The position numbers were made by a program, and so were the translations under genes. From contig JBBFKT010000003.1 in assembly GCA_037482015.1 (NCBI GenBank), positions 22,645 to 54,644 on the forward strand: a stretch of DNA of 32,000 nt. The letters are read 5' to 3'. The notes under the pieces were generated by a model. That model did no database searches and had not been told where the DNA came from. It was given only the letters and a program-made list of their open reading frames with translations. This DNA is from Thermodesulforhabdaceae bacterium. Its GTDB lineage: Bacteria; Desulfobacterota; Syntrophobacteria; Syntrophobacterales; Thermodesulforhabdaceae. Shown in pieces: positions 26,612-32,000 of this stretch (position 1 is its first letter; every line of letters starts with the position of its first letter).

Positions 26612-26793
26612 AAACAGGTAGGGGCAAGGCATACTGTACCACTATACGTGTAACTTATATAGTATCTTTACAATCTCTTTCGAATACTCTCTTTTTCATC
26701 TTGACTCTGCAGCCTGAATCTTTTAGAAACAAAATGAAACTATTTTATATCGACCATAATGATACACAAAGATACTTTTGAAGGAAATCAGTT

Positions 26794-28287
26794 ATGAACA
26801 GTGCTGAAGATAATGTCCTAGAAGTCCTTAGAGATGAAGTTACTCTTCAGTCCATCCTCGATGCTATATCCCTTGGTATAATGGTGGTTGATCAAAACAG
26901 ACGGCTATCTTTCATGAACCGAGCTGCTCAGGTGCTTACTGGGATGGATCCATACATGTATAAAGGTATTCCCTGCAGATACATACTAAGAGGAACCTGG
27001 TGTGTCCAAAAATGCCTTGCTCTGGAAGCACAAGAAAATTCTTTTACTGTAGTAAGAGAGGGAGATTTTATAAATCGAGAAAGACAAAAAATTCAGGCTC
27101 GTTTATCTTGCACCCCCTTAAAAAACAGCCTTGGCGAAATTGTCGGATTCCTGGAAGTTATAGAAAATTTAAAAACTTCTTCCAACTCTTTGTCTTCCGA
27201 TATACCATTAAGGTTCAGCCGTTTCGTAGCTAGAAGTTCTCAAATGGAGCGCATATTTCAAATTGCTCAAGGTATAGCTCAAACCGATTCTTCCGTCCTG
27301 ATAACGGGCGAAACAGGCACAGGCAAGGATCTTCTTGCAGAGGTCATACACGAAGCATCGCCAAGAAGCAAAGGTCCTTTTGTAAAAGTCAACTGTGGTG
27401 CTCTTCCTGAAACTCTCCTGGAATCAGAACTCTTCGGGCATGAAAAAGGCGCTTTCACGGGAGCTACTCACGCAAAACCCGGGAGATTCCGGCTTGCTCA
27501 CACAGGCACCCTGTTCCTTACCGAAATAGGCGATCTGCCTCTTTCCCTCCAGGTCAAACTCCTATCTTTTCTTGATGATCGAGTCATTTATCCCCTTGGA
27601 AGCACAAAAGGCGTTCCAGTCGATGTCCGAATTATCGCCGCAACTCATCGAAATCTTCAGGAAATGGTAAGAGAAGGCAGATTTCGTGAAGACCTCTTTT
27701 ATCGCCTCAATGTGGTTCGCATTCATATACCACCTTTAAGAGAAAGACCCGATGATATTAAGCTACTTCTATATCACTTTTTGAAGCATTTTTCTGCGGA
27801 ATTTCGTAAACCTATCGAGAATTTCTCTCCGGAGACGCTATCATTTCTTCTATCCTATTCTTACCCTGGCAATGTGCGAGAACTTAGAAATATCATCGAA
27901 TACGCTGTGAATATCTGCACAGAACAACAAATTAAAATCTCTAATCTTCCATCCTACCTAACTGAAGCCAGTGTCACAGCTTTTGAACCAACCCCAAGTC
28001 AGGATAAAAAACCAGTCCCAGTAGAACCATTAAGAAATGAGACTTTCCCACCTAAGGAACCTCATCCCCTTTCAGTTCCAGACTCACAGGATGATACATT
28101 TTCCCCAAACCCCTCGATACCTCTTGAAATACCCCCCAATCCCAGGTGGGATGATGTTGAACGTGCAATGATTATCGATGCTCTCATAAAAGCCAAAGGC
28201 AAACGAAGCAAAGCTGCACAAATTCTAGGTTGGGGAAGGAGCACTCTATGGCGGAAAATGCGCCAGTATAATATTGTGTCTTCCTAG
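26794..28287 (+). CDS. Sigma-54-dependent transcriptional activator (PAS sensor, AAA+ domain, Fis-type HTH)
   Basis: 497 aa. Walker A GETGTGKD, sigma-54 contact loop GHEKGAFTGA, ESELFGH, and C-terminal HTH AAQILGWGRSTLWRKMRQY. The N-terminal region is PAS-like, there is no receiver domain, and a Pro-rich linker precedes the HTH. Confidence 0.92.
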   Translation: MNSAEDNVLEVLRDEVTLQSILDAISLGIMVVDQNRRLSFMNRAAQVLTGMDPYMYKGIPCRYILRGTWCVQKCLALEAQENSFTVVREGDFINRERQKIQARLSCTPLKNSLGEIVGFLEVIENLKTSSNSLSSDIPLRFSRFVARSSQMERIFQIAQGIAQTDSSVLITGETGTGKDLLAEVIHEASPRSKGPFVKVNCGALPETLLESELFGHEKGAFTGATHAKPGRFRLAHTGTLFLTEIGDLPLSLQVKLLSFLDDRVIYPLGSTKGVPVDVRIIAATHRNLQEMVREGRFREDLFYRLNVVRIHIPPLRERPDDIKLLLYHFLKHFSAEFRKPIENFSPETLSFLLSYSYPGNVRELRNIIEYAVNICTEQQIKISNLPSYLTEASVTAFEPTPSQDKKPVPVEPLRNETFPPKEPHPLSVPDSQDDTFSPNPSIPLEIPPNPRWDDVERAMIIDALIKAKGKRSKAAQILGWGRSTLWRKMRQYNIVSS

Positions 28288-28291
28288 CGCG

Positions 28292-29866
28292 TCAGGGCAT
28301 TTTCTTCAAAGCCATCACCGATTTCCACACAAACTTATCCATCGCTTGCCTCACCTTCCAGGTTGCCGAGACATTGTTACAGATGTAGGTCACTGCAAAC
28401 GGCGCAGCATTGTCATTCCAGAAAACGTAACCCGAAAACCCTACAGCGTTAGCAAGAGTCCCGGTTTTGCCTTTAACCCTGAAAGGCATCCCAGCCCAGT
28501 GGCGTTTCAAGGTTCCTTCCCTGCCACTTTCTGCAAGAGAAGCTAGGAAGGGCGTTTGGAAAACCGGATCTCGGTAAAGATACGAAAGTGCAGCACCAAA
28601 TGTTGCCGGGCTTGCCTTAGTTGTGTAGCTCAGTCCAGACCCCGAATCCAGATAAAACTCCTGAGAGGGAATGCCTATTTCCTGCAAAACGCCAGCCACC
28701 ACCCTTGTTCCCTTTTCTCTGGTTCCAGGCGCCCCCAGCACTTCTCCACCCAGGTGACGAAGAAGCATTTCAGCCATAAAGTTATTACTGTGACGGTTGA
28801 TACCGTGGAGCACATCAGCCAGAGTAGGTGTTCGGCACGAAAATAGTGTGGTCACCGATTCTTCTTGAACCGACACAGGTCTTCCCCCAAATCGCACTCC
28901 ACCAGCCATAAGAAGGTTCTTTACTCCCCCGGCAATTACCCTGGAAGGATCACTTAGCTTTACTGAAAAAGTCTTGCCACACTTATCTTTAATGGAGATT
29001 CTTCCGGCGAGCACCCCAACAAGATTTCCAGATTCAGAAACCAGCCTGAAGGACAAAGCCGTCCCCTGCTTTGCCGATACTGTTTTTGCACTATTCCTGA
29101 TAGGTATCGGCACGCTCCAGGATTCTCCCCAGGCAACGTTAGGCTTATCACCGACTTTTGCTCCTGGATAGACTGTGACAACCAGGTTATTAAAATCAAC
29201 CGCCACCGCTGAAATGGTGGGATTATATGATCTGTAGCATTTTCCATCCAGGCAGAGTTGTTCAGTCGAGGGAGAGAAAAATCTCTGATCCACAATAACA
29301 TTTCCCTGTATTGTCTTCACCCCCGTGGAAGTTACAAAAGTCTCGATACAACTTTTCACATCTCTTGAAAACCACAAGGGATTGCCATTGCTGAACACAT
29401 AGAGATTTCCGGGAATCACTCCCCCCTGCGGCTTTTGTCCTCGTAGTTCCACTTTAAACACATGATTAGGTCCCAACTTCTTAAGCGCGGCAAGCGATGT
29501 CAGAACCTTAGTAAGAGATGCAGCAACCAGTGGAACATGGTTATTTTCGGCGAAAACAACATGTCCATCAGGAAGTCGTCTAATTTCGATTCCACAAACT
29601 CGAGCGCTTCCTCCAATTTCAGCCTTTGCCGTCGCCCATTCGCGAGAAAATATCTGTGACGCCACCGGGCTAAAAAGAGCATTTTCCCCTGCCCAGGCAC
29701 ATACATTTAGAGCCAGCACGAAAAAAATGGTCAAAATAGCCAAGGCGTTGGTAAAAACTTTCCTTTCTGTGTGAACAACGTATGAGCTATCTTTCGAAGA
29801 AACACAATGAAATGCGATTTTCCCTCGACATAGGAGTAAGAACGCAGAATGACAGTGCATATACAC
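28292..29866 (-). CDS. dacB: D-alanyl-D-alanine carboxypeptidase/endopeptidase, PBP4 family (peptidase S13)
   Basis: Motifs SLTK (SxxK), HSNN (SxN) and KGKTGTL (KTG). A signal-like segment ALAILTIFFVLALNVCAWA follows an odd 37-aa leader, so the start is uncertain. Confidence 0.85.
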   Translation of the reverse strand: MYMHCHSAFLLLCRGKIAFHCVSSKDSSYVVHTERKVFTNALAILTIFFVLALNVCAWAGENALFSPVASQIFSREWATAKAEIGGSARVCGIEIRRLPDGHVVFAENNHVPLVAASLTKVLTSLAALKKLGPNHVFKVELRGQKPQGGVIPGNLYVFSNGNPLWFSRDVKSCIETFVTSTGVKTIQGNVIVDQRFFSPSTEQLCLDGKCYRSYNPTISAVAVDFNNLVVTVYPGAKVGDKPNVAWGESWSVPIPIRNSAKTVSAKQGTALSFRLVSESGNLVGVLAGRISIKDKCGKTFSVKLSDPSRVIAGGVKNLLMAGGVRFGGRPVSVQEESVTTLFSCRTPTLADVLHGINRHSNNFMAEMLLRHLGGEVLGAPGTREKGTRVVAGVLQEIGIPSQEFYLDSGSGLSYTTKASPATFGAALSYLYRDPVFQTPFLASLAESGREGTLKRHWAGMPFRVKGKTGTLANAVGFSGYVFWNDNAAPFAVTYICNNVSATWKVRQAMDKFVWKSVMALKKMP

Positions 29867-29884
29867 GTATTCCCCCCTCCCTGT

Positions 29885-31192
29885 TTAAAATCCATATACA
29901 AACCGTTCCCAAACGAACCAGTATTCTGGAAAGGATTTCTTTACCACATCTGGATTCTTTATTCGAACTCCCGGAATCTTAAGCCCTGCAAGTGAAAAAG
30001 CCATGGCAACACGATGGTCATCATAGGTTTCAATATCTGCTCCTTTTTTTGCCGTCCCTCCGTAGATAACAAGAAAATCCTCGCCTTCCTCCACTCTAAC
30101 GCCAAGCTTTCCTAATTCTGAAGCTACCGCCCTTAAGCGATCGGATTCCTTAATTCTGAGATGACCTACTCGACGAATAACGGTCTTCCCGGACGCAAAA
30201 GCCGCAAGAACCGCAAGAGTCGGCACCATATCCGGCATGGCATTCATATCAACATCAACAGCTAAGAGTTCTTCAGGTCCTACTACTGTAACTGACCGTT
30301 CATCTCGAACAATAGAACACCCCATAGCTGAAAGAACCTTAAGAAATTCAGCATCGCCCTGATAACTCTCCCGAAAGACTGGTTCCGTGCGCACCTCCCC
30401 ACCCGTTAAAGCCGCCGTCGCCCAGAAATAGGAAGCCGAGGAACAGTCACCCTCTACTGTGAAAGTTCCAGCTGTGTAGGTCTGTGGAGCTGGGATGAGA
30501 AGCTCGTTATAACTCAGTTCCCTGATTTCTATCCCTCGCTCCTTCATCATCCTGAGCGTCATGACAACATAAGGAAAGGAAGCAACAGGTTCAAGCCACT
30601 TTACTATCACGTCAGAAGAAGCTCTGGGAGCGGCTATCAAAACCGCCGAAAGAAACTGGCTACTTTTTCGAGCATCCACCAGGACATGACCACCATTAAG
30701 CCCCTGCGAAAAAACTTCAACCGGCGGATAACCATCCTTTTCGAGGAAGCGGCATCTTACTCCGAGCTGGCTCATCGATTCGGCAACGGGTCCAACAGGG
30801 CGTTCTCTCATCCGAGCCGAACCATCAAGCACAAAGCAACCGCGAACTGCTCCCAAAAACCCCAGAAGAAGACGCATGGTTGTGCCGCTATTTCCCACAA
30901 AAAGACGAACAAGCTCGGCATTTGATTTCCTCTCATTCACAGGAAGAGGAGAAATACGAAGCTTTATTTCTTCTTTCTCCAGAATCCATTCAAGTTTACA
31001 TCCCAACTGTTCCAGAGCCTGTGCCGTATAGAGTGTATCTTCTGAGCGAAGAGGATTAAGAATAGTGCTGGGTCCATCAGCAAGAGCCGCCATGAGCATT
31101 GCTCGATGAGTCATAGATTTTGAACCAGGAAGAGAAACTACGCCAGAAACTTTATGGTCACAGGGGATAATTTCCTTAACTATATCGGTCAT
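29885..31192 (-). CDS. aroA: 3-Phosphoshikimate 1-carboxyvinyltransferase (EPSP synthase)
   Basis: LPGSKSMTHRAMLMAALA, the NSGTTMRLL motif and RVGHLRIKESDRL. I place the start at the ATG at 31192 (MTDIVKEI), preceded by GGAAAGGGG, rather than the ORF-track 31234, which overlaps aroE. Confidence 0.93.
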   Translation of the reverse strand: MTDIVKEIIPCDHKVSGVVSLPGSKSMTHRAMLMAALADGPSTILNPLRSEDTLYTAQALEQLGCKLEWILEKEEIKLRISPLPVNERKSNAELVRLFVGNSGTTMRLLLGFLGAVRGCFVLDGSARMRERPVGPVAESMSQLGVRCRFLEKDGYPPVEVFSQGLNGGHVLVDARKSSQFLSAVLIAAPRASSDVIVKWLEPVASFPYVVMTLRMMKERGIEIRELSYNELLIPAPQTYTAGTFTVEGDCSSASYFWATAALTGGEVRTEPVFRESYQGDAEFLKVLSAMGCSIVRDERSVTVVGPEELLAVDVDMNAMPDMVPTLAVLAAFASGKTVIRRVGHLRIKESDRLRAVASELGKLGVRVEEGEDFLVIYGGTAKKGADIETYDDHRVAMAFSLAGLKIPGVRIKNPDVVKKSFPEYWFVWERFVYGF

Positions 31193-31211
31193 TAGTAGCC
31201 CCTTTCCAATT

Positions 31212-32000
31212 CTAAAAAGTGCCTGAAATGGCATCCTCCAGAGCTTTTCTCATGGCTTCCAGAGGCGCCGGAATGCCAAACCACCACTCAAACTGAGCAA
31301 CTCCCTGATAAAGTAACATATCCAGGCCAAATACTACTGTGGCGCCACGCTCTTTCGCTTCCCGCAGAAAAACCGTCCATCGTGGAGTATAAACCACGTC
31401 CATAGCCACCACGCCGGGAGCAAAAAGTGCTGGCGGAACAGGGGAAGATTTTTCATCGTATCCGGTCATCCCCACGGGCGTGGTTTGAATAATCACATCC
31501 CAGGCGCCGGCTTGAAAATTCCCCAGCTCATTTAATGGCACGGAGTTGCAGGAAAAATCACGGCAGAGATTTTCAGCTTTCCCAGGAGTTCTGTTGGAAA
31601 CTGTAACTTTCATGCCCATCTTCTTAAGAGCGTAACAAACTGCCCTGGCAGCTCCCCCTGCCCCCACCACAAGGGCTCTCTTCCCAGCCCAGAAACCATC
31701 CGGGAATGGCTCTACTTTCTGAGATGAAACTGCTGTCTCTAGAGATCTTACCACTCCGATCCAGTCAGTATTCCTCCCCTCCCAACCTTCATCAAGACGC
31801 TTAAGAGTGTTCACAGCCCCTATAACTTTTACTTCCTGATCAACATTTACAATAAATTCCATTACTCGTTCCTTATGAGGCACCGTAACGCTTAAGCCAT
31901 CAAAGCCTACTCTGGCTAAAATCGGCAGATCCTCTTTGAGGTCTGTAACTTCCATTGCCAGATAGCGGCAATTCAACCCGCATACTTCGAAGGCTCGATT
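31212..32000 (-). CDS. aroE: Shikimate 5-dehydrogenase (5' end lies outside the window)
   Basis: VTVPHKE, NTDWIGV and VVGAGGAARAV motifs. The reading frame stays open upstream of the first Met to the window edge (...NRAFEVCGLNCRYLAMEV), matching the conserved AroE N-terminal region. The gene is therefore truncated by the window. Confidence 0.9.
   Translation of the reverse strand, partial: NRAFEVCGLNCRYLAMEVTDLKEDLPILARVGFDGLSVTVPHKERVMEFIVNVDQEVKVIGAVNTLKRLDEGWEGRNTDWIGVVRSLETAVSSQKVEPFPDGFWAGKRALVVGAGGAARAVCYALKKMGMKVTVSNRTPGKAENLCRDFSCNSVPLNELGNFQAGAWDVIIQTTPVGMTGYDEKSSPVPPALFAPGVVAMDVVYTPRWTVFLREAKERGATVVFGLDMLLYQGVAQFEWWFGIPAPLEAMRKALEDAISGTF

Noticed and set aside
31536-31550. Sigma-54-like sequence TGGCACGGAGTTGCA on the + strand
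   Set aside because: The spacer is N4 rather than N5. It lies inside and antisense to aroE, with nothing downstream to transcribe.

Overview
This is a chromosomal window with about 30 protein-coding genes. I recognise no rRNA, tRNA, CRISPR array, transposase, integrase or phage genes. Gene content suggests a dissimilatory sulfate/sulfite-reducing bacterium of the deltaproteobacterial (Thermodesulfobacteriota) type; that is inference only. All product calls come from motif recognition by eye on the supplied translations, since no searches could be run.

Layout:
- 60-5794 (-): a compact dsr locus in the unusual order dsrD-dsrA-dsrB-dsrN-dsrC-ferredoxin, followed by a cbiL-like tetrapyrrole methylase.
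- 6114-8589 (+): TPR protein, SlyD-like FKBP, an unknown lipoprotein and an alpha/beta hydrolase.
- 8621-8955: a ~335-bp non-coding, hairpin-rich island of about 64% G+C that no ORF explains.
- 9143-12920 (+): dnaG-rpoD.
- 13119-19351: myo-inositol-1-phosphate synthase with a small partner ORF, a wHTH/Cys-rich Fe-S protein, an EamA transporter, PolX and a VOC-fold protein.
- 19532-21001 (+): an orphan TRAP solute-binding protein plus a DUF488 protein.
- 21028-23924 (-): a tight four-gene operon of yeeE, a tusA/yeeD-like gene, a DUF3343 fusion and a divergent NnrD-like kinase-fold gene.
- 24030-25883 (-): an AT-rich kup gene.
- 26018-28287: a degenerate receiver-domain gene behind a consensus sigma-54 promoter, divergent from a PAS-AAA+ sigma-54 activator.
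- 28292-32000 (-): dacB, aroA and aroE (aroE is truncated by the window edge).

The best candidates for something undescribed are the yeeE/tusA/DUF3343-fusion/NnrD-like operon, the GC-rich structured island, and the sigma-54 / pseudo-receiver / kup module.
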